The notes below the pieces were generated by a model. It was not told the DNA's origin and made no database searches. It saw only the letters and a program-made list of their open reading frames with translations. A program made the translations under genes and the position numbers. Positions 38,581-52,200 of a DNA stretch of 64,000 nt are shown here, piece after piece; positions within the stretch are counted from its first letter, which is position 1, and every line of letters starts with the position of its first letter. Source of the stretch: Amphiscolops sp. MND2022 (Eukaryota); NCBI GenBank assembly GCA_964187785.1, contig OZ076421.1:54064001-54128000 (forward strand). The letters are read 5' to 3'.

Positions 38581-38904
38581 CAAAAGGAAAAACAACTAAT
38601 GCTACTCCCTTACCGCACATGCGACTCTGGTTAGCTTTTTCAGTTCGTTTCTTTCCATTTTAATTAGAACTTGATTGTCGAATTGAATTTTGTTCTGCCA
38701 GAATTTTTGATCAATAAAAGTAGGGTTTTTCAATTCGACTTGAATGCAAACCGAAAAATTAATAACATTCGGTTTGTTCGTTATCCTAAGTGAAACAAAA
38801 ATCAAACAAATAGAGTTAGGGGCATGGCTTAGTAGAAATTTCAGGGGTGGGGGTTTTTAGCGATTTGAAATAGTCCCAAAGCACCAACTGTTCACCCAAA
38901 ACAG

Positions 38905-39130
38905 ATTCCTGTCCCACCGTTTCTGGCATCCCTTCAGTCGCGTGTCCTACAGCACGTATGTGTTTCATGTCATACTTTCATACCAGCTAATGGAAACTGG
39001 CACTTCTGGATCAGACACTCTGGATACTTTACGCGCTCTGGCAGTTGCCTTTGGAATCCAGGCGGCTACTTTCGTCCCCGGAATCCTCATCGAAGAACCT
39101 TTCCAGAAAGTCGTGAAACGTTTGTTGTGA
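38905..39130 (+). CDS. NRF-6/OACYL-like acyltransferase terminal exon
   Basis: Acceptor aaacag|A completes the phase-2 Gly from 32325. FLSHRFWHPFSRVSYSTYVFHV..IEEPFQKVVKRLL* matches the family C-terminus (LSY..YL.H, E.PF). Confidence 0.8.
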
Positions 39131-39239
39131 TCAATTATCTAAAAAAAACACTGAATTCCCTCTAAATATAGATCTAAAACAATATATTCTATTTAAAAGA
39201 CAGTGTGGATAAAAATAAGTTATTCCTTGACCTAATATT

Positions 39240-39797
39240 AATAAAATGACCAATAGATTAAAATAAAGTTATCTTTTCATGCCTTGCGCAGTTTTCTTCA
39301 TTCTTGAATAGGAGGCCGAAAGCAAAAGCTAGAATGTTTAGAGAAATGGACGTGATGTCTGATTTTGACAACATGGACGTGATGAATGGGAATGATAATG
39401 TTAATCACACTGAAAGAGAAAGAGAACTAGCGAATACAATTGAAGGATCAGCAAACCATTATGACACTGAGTCCAATTCTCACCACGGGGATATTTGCCC
39501 AGGAGAATGAATTTAGAGATTTTGGTCATGTAAACAGAATTCCTAGACAAGATAGTTTCATGGAATTCATGGAAACTTTCACAAACGAAATTATTGTGAG
39601 GTTGTCTCAAGCGATTGACTCCATGATGTCCATGGTGCATTCACAACCTAACAGAGAAATACGTTCTGCGATAGCTCAAAGAGTAATCCCAGAGATTCAA
39701 ATATTGTGATTTCAATATTTTCAAGAAACAGGGACACAATAATAACAGGGACGTCTATAAACAACCAGGAAAACAGAGATGATACAGACGGGTTAAA
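39240..39797 (+). repeat. Left part of a family C-type LTR interrupted by the family B element
   Basis: Codes ..MDVMSDFDNMDVM..TNEIIVRLSQAIDSMM..NNQENRDDTDGL, homologous to ORF 11552-12061. Confidence 0.7.
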
Positions 39798-40160
39798 GTA
39801 CTTGTTACTTGTTGGTATATTTCAGATCAGATGTTATCTTTTAGAAGGGATGAAAGACTTAGTACTTTAAGGGAGACACTAACAGAGCTGCAGATGTTAG
39901 GCCAGATACGTTAAGACAACTGAGCAGTGAAGCTTCTTTCGAGTTGTGTTCGAGTATAAAACAGAATGTAATTTACAGTTTTGAGTTATAGTATTGAATA
40001 CAAAAAAGGTACATTAAATTCAGGATGCAAAATCAATAATTCAATAATTCAAATAAATCTAGTCGAGACATTCATTCTTTATTGGGGTTGGGGATAACAG
40101 TAAATCCTGGGTAAGGGTATGATTATTAAATGGTAGGTATACCATTCGACCGGGTTTTAA
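39798..40160 (-). repeat. 3' LTR of family B element
   Basis: Aligns with 57640-57990 (cagatgttatcttttagaagggatgaaaga..taacagagctgcagat..gtacattaaattcaggatgcaa..taacagtaaatcctgggta). Visibly diverged. Confidence 0.85.
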
Positions 40161-43100
40161 AAAATTGTTTGGTAACATATCTGTTTAAAAAATTCTTATG
40201 AATTGGGTTATGTTTCAATAAGGTTTTTATCTGAGTTCGGTTTATGATGTCAGGGTGTAATTTCAAATAAAAGAGTTTGTGATTGAAAGACTAGTATAAT
40301 TAGAGCAGTTTTGCAAATACATCCTATTAAGATTATGTACTAGGTTTTCATTTGGTTTTATATCGAGTTGTCTATTAGGTTTGTCTTTGTTCTTTCCTTA
40401 CGTGAGGTTCGGGCGAATATGCAATTCTTATCTTGAGACCAATTAAGGGGTAGAGTGATGTTCTAAAATATAAGAATTTTTTAGTTGTAAGAGGTCTAGG
40501 ATTTCAATACATTTTAAATTTTTGGAATAAAGTTGACTATGATGTAATTTTTGTATGTTCATGTCCATGCTTCAATTTTTTTTCTTTGCTCCGAGCCGGT
40601 TGAAAAGTTTTGAAGAGTGAATGGCAGAGAAGAGTGAAAAGTGCAAAAAGTCACAGCCTGATTGACAAGATGGAGTCTTAAGGGTAAGACAAAGATTCTT
40701 AGTTTTCACGTCAACTAAGCATCAATCTTTCATGTCTTTTGTATTCAACAAACTGAAATGCGAATCGGAACGAGCTTCAAAAGTAAAACAGCGGCATGAT
40801 CAAAGTCAAACTGCAGTTCAAAAACAAAGCCCTATTAGTCAATATTTGTTCAAAAGTTTTTCACATATGGCGTGTAAAAATTAGTTGAAGAAATTTTGTA
40901 TTGAGAAAGCGAGTGAAAAAAAATTTCTTTGAGTAAAAGTCATACGCAGAGGTGAGACGAGTAAGCATATGGGAACTACGAGGAGTAATTTTGCATATTT
41001 TACGGTCCTGAGAACCGAAGTTATTAGGAGTGAAAGTTAAATTTTTTAGATAGGTTGTTAAAAAAACGGAGTGTGGGTGAAAAAAAACGTTTGTTCGTGG
41101 AGTAAATTAGAAAACGGTGGACAAAAGCTCCACAAATGGAAAGAGCGAACATCATAACAGAAAGAGAGAGAGAGAGAGAGATTAAAACAGTGATAGCAAA
41201 ATTGTAGGTTGAAAAAGAATGGCAGTAATTTAAAACATGAGACAAAGTGGCATCAATGGAAGAAAGGGAGCACATAAAAGTGGGAAAAACGAAAAACAGA
41301 ATTTTACAGAGTCTGATAGAATAAAATGGGCAGTAAATTCACATGAGAAAGGACAAAATTTGGACGAAATGTTCTGAAAATTATTTAATCGACATCGTTG
41401 AGAGAAGTTACTAAGTTTTCAAGATCGTTCAAGGGACTGGCGCGATTGGTTTGTGGCGAATTAATAGAGATACGAGCAGGGGAAAATGGGATTTGTGGGA
41501 AGGGAGAAATTGCACAGTAATTACGGGGCAAACGTGAACAGCGGTGAGGGCATTGGAAGCTATTACGGCAATTATGTGGGGAAATTTAAATACGTAAAGG
41601 GGGTGATTTGAGGTTCATAATAAGCCGCATGTCTAAATTTACTCAATTTAGAAGTGTGTTTGGATTTACATTTATTTACTATTGCATCTACAGTTATTAT
41701 GAGTTGTTCCAGTTCGGCAGTTTGTTTTGTCGAAAGTTCATCGATATAATTTTCGTGAAGTTTTTGCGCATTATTATATTGAGACAGTTTCTGTTTATAC
41801 ATAACAGTGTGCACGATTCTTTGAGTGGGTGTGGCAGCTTCACCTGGGGGCAACTAAGGACCTTTTGGATGACGGGGTTCTCTTTGTTGCAAATCTTTTG
41901 TGAGCTGATGGACGGCAGAAAACTTTCGGAGATGGGCTGACGTTGCAACAGCATCTTGCAGCAGAGGAGGAAGAGATGGGATTGAAGATGAAGAACACTG
42001 GACGGGAGCAGAAGAAGAATGGGCAGCATAAGGATAAGAAGATGATGTCATGTTGAGAAGAAGAAAATGTTGAAAACTGAAACAAATATTCCGTTTAATG
42101 TTGTTGTAATTGTATTTTATTAATTCCTGTCGAGTGTCAGTTGAAAATGTAGATGTAGTGTGTTGTGATTAATATTATTGATATGGGGAGAGCGTTAAAA
42201 GGAGCAGTGTAACGATTGGCATCTTCGAAACTGCATAATATTGTGAAATTTGCAATGTTTTAATGGAACGGCTTCTAGACTTCGTGTTCAGAATTCAACC
42301 TTGAATTAAAAGAAGGAGCAAAAGAAATGAAGAATAATGAGATATAGAATGTTGAAGACGGAGTAAAGATGTTCCAAGAGATCCAAGATATTTTCAAAGA
42401 CTGGCTACGAGATGAAAAGTTGCAGGAGATTTTGAAAAATTCGACAAATTTGTCAAATGAGAAATTCTTGGGAAAATTCTATTACTTTTTTGCAATCGAA
42501 TTGATCAAGATCGTTATTTTCAAGGCAAGTGGACCAGAGAAAGTTTCAACTGCAAGTGAAACAAGTGAAAGAAAAAAATAGAGGACGATTTTTGTGATGA
42601 TAGGGATCAATTATGTTTTGATAAGAGCAGTTACCTAATTTATATCGTTTTGTCACTTTTTTAAAGTGAGAACAAGAGGAGGCTTTTGTGCAATTATGAT
42701 AGGAGGGACGTGTGAATTAAGAGAACAAAAAAAGTTAGATCAAAAATGTTAAAATGTTAAAGTGAACATGGTAATTTTGACATGTCGTTTACGATTTGTC
42801 GTATAGACGATAAGAGAAGTGACAAAATTTGCAATTTGAAAAAGGAAGAGGTGAATGAAAGAAAAGCAAAGAATAGGAAATGAGAAAAGAGGAAGTGAAA
42901 GTAGGATTTTTGAAATAGTGTTTTTTTGAAAAGAAAAAATTTTAAATTTTTGACGAAACTTGTTTTTTCATGAATCAATATAAATTTTGAATATTGTCTA
43001 CCTGAGATGTGAGTTTTGGTAAAAATGAAGGTAAGAATGAGTGAGAGGTTAAAAGAAAGGAGTGAAGGCAAAGATTTGGGTAGAGATTGTTTGGGTAGAG

Positions 43101-45169
43101 ATTGAGTTATTTCGTCAGAAATGTTAGGAGTGGGAAAATATTTGTATTGTTTCTTTAAGATGTACGAGGAGAGTTAAAAAAATTAATTGGGCAAGAGAAT
43201 AATGTTTGTGACCAAGAGATTTATAAAGAGAGCAAGAATGATCATCTAGAGGTGTTTCGACAATTATATTCGTTTTAGGAAAAAAATTGGAACACTATTG
43301 GGAAAATGAGTGGGCAGAAGAAAATCATCATTTGATTTAAGGGCTTCTTGGGGAACAAACAAAGGACGTGCAGGGTCGTCATAGGAGGCGAGAATATATT
43401 ATTGCTTTACGGGGTCGTAGTTGCAGATTGTACCAATGGTGTAGAGATGGTTTGAAGAAAAGTGAGGGTGATAAGAAAACGGCGAAGTGAATTTATGATT
43501 TTGAAAAGAAAACTTTGTGGGTGTTTTTGTTGAAAAAGAAGGTGATAAGTTTGGTGGTGAAGATTTCAACGGAGAGAGCATTTGTAATATCATTAAGTTT
43601 AGTATTAAGGTCATGCTGATTTGGTTTTAAAAAGTTGAGTCAAAATTCAAAGAAGCGAATTCGTTTATTTTGCCAGAAGGAGAGTTGTTCTAAATTTTTG
43701 GAGGCATATGCAACATAGTGATCAAAATTGCGGTCTTAAGAAAAGCGAAATTTATAAATAGTTGGAGTCATATATAGAAAAGGAGGTCAACTTTAAAATT
43801 GAGATGTGTACGTAGAAATTCATCGGTCATAGTATTCGATTGAGAAGGGTTTTTTACAGGGTGGAGTATAGGAGGTAGGATACAGGAGTCAATAAATACA
43901 GGATCTTCGAAGGTATTTTATTTTTTTTGGGAGGAATGGGATGATTATCAAAAGTGATTAAGAGAGTATTAGGCAAAAGGTGGAGTAGGAGGGTGATGCG
44001 CCTTAAGAGTAGAAGAGAGGGGTTGAGTGTAAACAGTGGAAGGTTGAGTGGAAGAACCAGATGGAATCTCATTGAATGTCGGTTCAGGTGTATGATTAAC
44101 TTCAAGAGTGATATGATCAGATATAATAGGAAGGTCAAGAGTGCACTGATTTTAGAGAGAGAGAGAGAGGAAGTGAAAAAAAGGCAATTCTTGAGAGAAG
44201 TTCTTCGCCAGGATTGGAGGTTGCCATTGTTGTTATAAGATTTTTAGATTAAATGAATTACGAAGTGTATATGAAAGTTAGGGTTATAGTATGATTATAG
44301 TGAAGATTACAAAGGGGGAAAATTATTAAAGATTGAAGAGTATACGGGTTGTATTATGATGTTTCAAAGAGTATATTAGTGTATATCAAAGATTCTTGCA
44401 GATGAAAGTTAGAAAGTTAGAAAGAAAAAAATTAAAATTTTCAGTTGAGTTTTGAAATTGGAGGATGATGCAAAGTTAGCAACTGAGTGAGAGACCAGAA
44501 AGGTGAGAAGAGATGGGGATTGAAAAACAGAGAGAGGAATTAATAAAATTAACGTGGGAAACGGCAAGATGACTTAGTTTTGACATGACTTTCAGGTTGA
44601 TCAAATATACTATTAACAGACGTTAATGGGTTGTCACTACTTTTGAAAGGTGGTGGAACAGGGTAAATTTTAGTTGATTGGCATACATTGCGTATGGGGG
44701 AATCATAAGACGAGTTGCCAAAATTAGTATCTTCAGGAGTTGGAGAATTATGGAAGAATGGAGGAGGAGATAACAAATGTAATTGGGAATGATGCGGAGA
44801 AAGATCATTATGAGGAATAATATGTAAATAATAATTAGAAGGAGGAGGTGAACAATCTTCAGTTTATTGAAGAGTGGTGATAATAGGATAAGGTGAAGAA
44901 AGATTGGAATTAGAAGGTTTAGTGGGAGAAGATCTTTGCATGATATTTTTATTCTTTCAACTGAGTAATTTAGAGTTAATGGTCGGTTTATATTTATGAC
45001 TTTTTGTTTTAGTATGTTGAGAGTTCATTTTTGCATTGGAGGTAGAACACGGAGGTTGAGGTGAATCAGAATAATCAGAATCCGAATTTGAATCAGAAGG
45101 TTTAGTCATAGCAGTCATCATTGTTAAAAAGCCATATCCAAGAGGGGAAACTAAAAAAATTATTTTTTG

Positions 45170-47240
45170 AGGAAATTTTTAACAGTAAACGAAATATAAA
45201 TACTAAGGAGTGTATTGAAAGCAAAGTGTAGGAAAAGAGCAGTGGAGATATAGATACCACATTGGGTTAAGAGTTAACATGGGTAATTGAAAAGTTTATT
45301 GAAAGCATCAGTGAACCATTCAGGTGAATAAAAAGGAGTCAAATTTAACATATGGTCCTGAAGACCAATTCTAAGAGATATATATGGGTTAACAGAGAGG
45401 AATTCAGAGGGTTGTTTATTCGTGAATTCATAACTAATAGCTTTACCAAGGAGTTGTAAAGTTTTATTGGAATATTTAGTAAAAAGTACACGATTCCACA
45501 AGTGTTTGAGTTGTTTTTGAAAATAAACTCCTGCATCTTGGGCAGTAAAGGTGTTTAGACTAGTAGCAGGTTGGACTTGAGTAGGTTCAAAGAGTAACAA
45601 AGATTAACGGAGGGTGTTTTTTAGTAGGTTATGGAGTTAAGACATAATATTGGTCAGTGTCAGAATCAAGAGAGATAACATTTTGTGGTTGTTTTCACAC
45701 GGGATTTCATTAGCATTTTCAAACGTTTGACGGGTGATAGAGTCAACATACAAGACAGTATCAAGATAATTAACAGGAATTTTATCATATCATATATGTT
45801 CAGCTATATAAAAAGGAGAGAGGTGATGAGGGCTATCATAAAGCAAGGCAGTTGGACCTTTGACATATAAAAAGTTACTACGATTTTGAATTAAGAGAAA
45901 ACCAGCAAGTTGTGTATTTTTAACAGACATTGCGAGAACAGTTTAAAGTTGGGTGCGTTCAACTTCGCAAATAGTATGGAGAGTGTTGAATTCAGCACCA
46001 GACATACGTTTGAATACATGATTGTTCAAATAATCAATTTTGGTATTGATGTGATGTTCATAACCAATAGTGGCAAAATTATTGAAAGAGTTTAAAGCTT
46101 GGAAGAGGAATTTATCTTGGGTATGTATTAGTTTACCAGAAACTAATTTGGTAGTGAGTTTATTGTATTGTTCATCTCCGGGGAGCTGAAGAGGATTACG
46201 TTTACCAGTATGCATGTTAAAATCTTCTTTATATGTAATAAAGAGATCAAGTTTTTGAGTAGTGTATAAAGGTGTGGGATTGTTACAAAAAGATTTTGTT
46301 TTCTGGGAAAACTTCAAAACGAGAGAGGCGGGTTTGAGATTTGGTACCATGGTAAGCAGTGTCGGATGGAATCTTGGAGGTATGGTTACTAAAGTTTGTG
46401 TGTTACTAAGTGTTCAGTTTCAAGCCAATAACGATTATTGAGTATAGACAGTCGTCCAATAAAGGAGTTAATTGAAAAAAATTTAAACATAAATCTTCAG
46501 GGAACCAAACAATGGTGAATGGGGTTAAAATAGTAGGTTTACAAAAACCTTCATCATGGAGGCAAGGTAAAGTGTGTCCAATATAAATTATATTGTTATC
46601 TTGATCATCATAAATGGTTTCAATTTCTTTAACAATGAGAGACCAACTATCTTTTTCAATATTATACTCATTGCGGTCCCAACAAACAGCTTTTTCTGTA
46701 GGACTTGCGTTTAAAACGAGTTCAGAATTAGCAATCGAAGCAAAAGCACCATAGTGAAAAGTATTGAGTTTAGTTATACGAAAAAGAGGTTGTTCAGTTT
46801 CAAGGAGGCGTTGCTTTTGAATATCTTCGGAAAATGTGAGTTGCTATAATTAAAAGTTGAGGATTATTAATACCTTTTAAATGACGGATAGCATGTTTGC
46901 ATTCCGTAGGGTCAAGTTTACGGGGACTTTCTATGGTGTTCTGATGATAATCAGTACGATCATGACGACGATTGTGCACAAACAATTTTTGCGCGTTTAA
47001 AATAAGCTTCGCAGGTCCATGCTTTAAGGCGTTCAGCTTTAGCACGAACAAAAATGTTTGCAAAAGCAGGAGTGCCTTCAAAGGAAGAAGGGGCTTGAAC
47101 ACAGGTTTGTACTCTAGTGAGACTGAATTGGCGTAAGTTGTGTTGTCTAGAACAATCGTAATGAGAGACTAAAAGATCAGAAATGTGAGGGTCGTTAGGA
47201 ACAACTTGACCAGGAGAGAGAAGGAATGAAAATTGCAAAC
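45170..47240 (-). pseudogene. env: env-like class III fusion glycoprotein (herpes gB / chuvirus G-like)
   Basis: HYDCS..FSLTRVQTC; AWTC; PCLHDEGFCKP..IVWFPEDLC; TICEVERTQL; YDKIPV..YVD.ITRQ..EIPC; DAGVY..QLKHLW; C-terminal hydrophobic CGIYISTALFLHFAFNTLLSIYI. Confidence 0.8.
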
Positions 47241-49299
47241 TATTTAAGAAGGAGAAAGGTGTAGAGAATGGAGTGGGAAAATTTGGTTGTCGTTTGGGAG
47301 TAAAATTAAAATTGAACAGTATGTTTTAGATAGGTGAGTGTGTTAAGAAATGTGATAGAACCGTTAACAAGACAAAAAGGAGGGTTGTCCTCTACAAATA
47401 GACTGAGGTTAGTTGAAATAAAAGGATGAGGCGAAGATTTAAAGTTTACAGTAGTGTGAGAAGGGGTTGGAAGAGGACTTGGAACTTCGTAGTGATTTCG
47501 AATTTAATTTCAAGATTAGTAGTATCGAGTCGTTGGAATTCTTTACGACGACGGTCGTCAGAAATATGAACATTAGAATTTAATTTATGAGTAGCGAGAT
47601 ATAAGAACTGAAGATCTTGACGAGGACTGTTAGCAAGAGTATCGTTTACGATTAGCGGATAGTCAACAAGACTAGGGGTTGGAGGAGTGGAATATTGGTC
47701 AGTAGTGAGATCAATATTAAGACAATGACTATGAGATGAAAGAACACTAGGATTTTGGGAAGTAGGTTTGAAAAGAGGTGACCAGTTTCGTTATCAGAGG
47801 AAATATATTAACGTTGAGAGAAAGCAGTGTCAACTCCAGAAAAAGTTTGGATGTTTTCGTGTGACGAGAGGGAGTCAGAAGAAAGGGATTATGCGTGATG
47901 TCTTAATAAAGAAGAGTTAGCACTTGCACTGAGAAGGGCAAGGTTTCGATTATAGCTAAGATTATATATTATATTTATGACGTGGGGTTTGGCGAATAGT
48001 AGCGTCAGAGGAGGTGTCTAAAAGATTATCCAAAGAAGTAGTGTATTTTAGAGTGGAAGTGAAAAATGAGATGGAAGGTGAGAACAAGGTGTGGGGGAGT
48101 TGGAAGAGAACGGTCAAATTGAGAACGTCTATGGAGAGATTTAATAGAAGTGGGATTATGAAGAGGTTTACATGGTGTAGGTTGATTAATATTTCGAAGG
48201 AGTAAGGGGTCAATATCACTAGGGCCAGGAATATGAAGGACAAAAGGAGGAGGAGATTGAGTGGGTGTTATATTAAAATGAGTTAAAGGAAAGTCAGTAT
48301 CAGAAAGAGGAAGAGTCAAAGAAGTTTGAGTTTGTTGTTGAACAGGTGTTGTTATAGGAGTATGACGAGAGGTATTAGTAGGGGAAGTGTTTAACGAAGG
48401 AGTAAAAGGGATATGATTAACAGCAGATCGTTGTAAAAATAAAGAGGAACTTCGAGTCAATAGGACTTTAAGAGGTGTCAATAGTATCAGTGGAAACTGA
48501 GGAAGAAACGGAAGAGTTAGAGTCAGTAAAATCAGAGGACAAAACAACAGTAGGTTCAGCGTGGGAACAAAAGGAGTGTACAATTAACGGATATCAAGGA
48601 GTGGTAAATATTTGAATTAAGATTGAACAATAATGTCTTATCAAGTAATGAAAGAGACAAAATTAGAAACGTTATTAGCCTTTTGACGAAAACAACTGTT
48701 CAGTTAGAATTTCAAACTAAAAAGAACAGAAGGTACTTGTGGGAAATGGCTAATGAATAAATTGTCATGTGTTAGACATAATGAAGCGTCTAGAAAAGAG
48801 ACAATAAGAACAGTCCATGAAATCTATTTAAGGGTTGAATAGCAAATTAAGGAGGAAGGCCAGTATTAGGTTTAGAGTTATGGTACTTTTTCGGAGGAAG
48901 AAAACCTAAATTATTTGGAGAATGAGGAGCTCGAGTATGAAAGGGTAAGGTTCGCGAATCTGTTGTGGAAATGAAAGAATAGTTGGAGAATTGGAAACAT
49001 GAACATTTAGCTGAGGAAAAGAGGTGTTAGAAAAGTTTGAATGACCGATAGGAGTCGGGAGCATCTCAAAATCAGAATCAAAAGAGTCAGATGTATCACC
49101 AAGATGATCATCTAAAGAGGTGGAATGAGAAAGATTTTGGTGTTTGGGGAGAAAATCGTGGGAGGTGTTTTTAATAGAAGTTTGTGATTGGAAAGAATCA
49201 AAAGGTGTCTCAAAATCATATGGGGTTGATTGAGAAAAGGTATCTTGATAAGGTTCACTATCCGGGTTATTGATAAGTGAAGGAGTAGAATGATATTGT

Positions 49300-52200
49300 C
49301 GGAGGTATGGAAAAACCACAGGTTCTTTAGGGTAAGATGGTATTATATGGTTTCTATGTGTTTGAAAGGTGGAACCATCTTGGGACATAATTTCATATTT
49401 ACCTTCGGAAATATGTTGAATAATTTAATATGGGCCAAGACGAAGAGGTTTAAGTTTTTGCGAACTTTTGACAGGTTTAAAACTAGTATGAATGACAAAG
49501 CTGTTAAGGGGCAGTTGTTTTAAGTGTGTTGTTTTGAACGTATAGCTTTGAGAATTTAATTTATTAGTTGTTTGACGTTGTACAGTAGAAAAAAATTCTT
49601 GCGTGTTCAGCAGATAAGAGCCATGAGGAAATAGGTTTATCAAGAAGTGAATGGAAGAAAGGGTTGAGATCTTGGTTACTATATTGTGTATGAGGAGGAA
49701 GGGAAGTGCAATAGGGTCCAATACAAGTTTTAGAGGAGTCGTGTAATAAATTGAGAGAAAAGGTTAAAGGGATACGAGGATGAGTATGGAAAACAATTTC
49801 ATAAGGGGAGAGTTCAAGTTGGGAAAAGGAGTTGTGTTATGAGCATAAGCATACATTTGAGTTTGAAATGACCAATTAGTAGGAAGATTTTGTAAAAAAA
49901 GACGGAGGTGAGTACCGAGATTACGATTTTGGACTTCGACTAAACCGTTTGTCCAAGGGGAATATGGAGTACGTGGTGAGTGCTTAATTTTAAAAAGAGA
50001 ACATAAATGAGCCATATCCTGGTTAACGTATTCTGTACCTCGATCAGTTACAAGGTATTGTGAAGGTCCAAATTTAGCAATCCAATGGTGGAGAGGAGTT
50101 TGAATAGCATATTTAGAGCAAATATGAGGAGCTGGGTTAGTAACAACAAAGTGACTAAAAGCGTCAATGAAAACGAATATTTATGAGTTATTGTGAGAAG
50201 AAGGAGAAAAAGGTCCTTTAGTATCCATTTAGATTCGATTGTTAAAATGAGTGGCATTTTTATAGAATGGTAGATGAGGAGAAATATTATTAGGTTTAAT
50301 GGGAAAATGTTTATTTGTTTGACTTTCAATGCAATCATGAATGAAATTGGAAAACCATAAGGGGAGATGAGGAATATAGTAAAATTGATTGAAAGTTGTG
50401 ATGGAAAGTTTTTCACCGGAATGACCATGTGAATGAGTTTTGTCAAAAGCAGCAAAAAAGTTTAAATGGTAAGCATACACGAGTTTGGTTAATAGGAGGT
50501 TGAGTTTTCATAAATATTTCTTCAAATATTTGAGAGCTTGGTGTATGACATTGGATAAAGTGTGAATTTGGGTCAATATACAAATGTTGAAATGTTTGTA
50601 CTGAGTATTAAAAAAAGATATTGCTTTAATAATTGAGAATGAGGTTTTTGTTTTTGTATTAACCATTTATAAACTTTTTGGGCTTTTTGGGCTTGGAGTG
50701 AAATAAGTAGTGTCAAAAACGTATCTGATGGGAGGAAGAAATTTTCAAACTCTTTATAATGAACAAAAAAGGATGGGTCAAAGAATGGTAGTGATTGAGT
50801 GGATGTAGGTTTATTAGGAGTTTGGGTTATACCGTTCGTATTAATAGATTCATCTAAGTTGAACGAGGAGGAATTTGTAATATTGGTTAAATTATCTTGG
50901 GAAAGATGGAAATCGTTGAAGTTTTGGTATTGAAAGTCAGAGAGAAGGGTGTGAAGATCATGCGATGATTCTGAACTTTGTTTAGGAATTCGTTTAACAA
51001 CAGTGTCATCATTTTCATATAAGTCAGTTTCATTTAAAAGAGGATTTTGTTGAAGTATTGTTTTAACTTTAGCTGTTTCTTTTATTTGGTCAGAAATGAC
51101 GAAACGGAATGAAAAGAAACAGACTCAAGAGGGTTAATCATGACAGTATTTCCTTTAATTTGAATACGAAGTGTAAACTGACCATAGTCAACAAAAATGT
51201 GGCGTGAATTATTTTTTTGAGCGGATAGTGCATCTTCATGTTCAACTAAAAAATGGAACGGTTTTAAATCCTTATCGGATTTAAGGTGAAGAAAGTCAAT
51301 GTGTGGAGGAAGAGTTTTATGTTGTAATTGAAACATTTTGTTAGTGATGTTCGAAAATTCTCTACTGAGCTTATCAGCAACAAAGAGGTTGGTGCCAGCA
51401 GTGTGAATAATTTGAAGAGTGGAGAATTTGGTTAATAACATTTGAGCTTTAAGCTGTCTAGGAGTAAGATTTCCTTCACGAGTGAAAAAAAAAAGAAAAG
51501 GGTTGTGACAGTGAAAGTAGTTATGGGAAATTTGGAACCAAATATAATGAATTCATACTGAGAAAGAGCGAATGTTATAGCACAAAGTTCTCGATCATAA
51601 GTGGAGAGTTTTTGTTCTTGGGTTGTCAAAATACGAGAGGTATAAGATATGACTTCCTTTTCATTATTGGTGTTGGGTTGGAATAACATCGCACCTAAAC
51701 CAATAAGAGAGGCATCAACAGTGATATAAAAGGATGACTAGTATCAGGAATTGCAAGTACAGCATCTTTTGAGAGGGAGTTTTTAATTTCATTAAAAAGT
51801 TTATCTAGTTCAGCAGTCCATTAAAAAGAAACATTATCATAAAGAAGTGTAAAAAAAGGTTTCGGTGAAATATGGAGTTTGTTGAAAAATTTGGAGTAGA
51901 AGTTCATTGATCCAATTAAACGCATTAGTTCAGTTTTGGAAGTAGGTGTTTTTAATTTGTGTATACCATCAACGTTAGAGGAGATGGGTTTAATAGTATT
52001 ATTGCCAATTTCATGTCCGAGAAATTTGACAGTGAGAAGAAAATAAAAAGTTTTTTCAGGAGCAATTTCAAGCTTGTTAGATACAGATTTGGTGTAATTG
52101 TTCAATTGAACAAAATATGAGTTTTTGTGAGGGCAAAAACTAAAATATCACCATGATAAACAAGTGCACAGCCTTGGTCAATGAATTTTGGAGAAATTGA

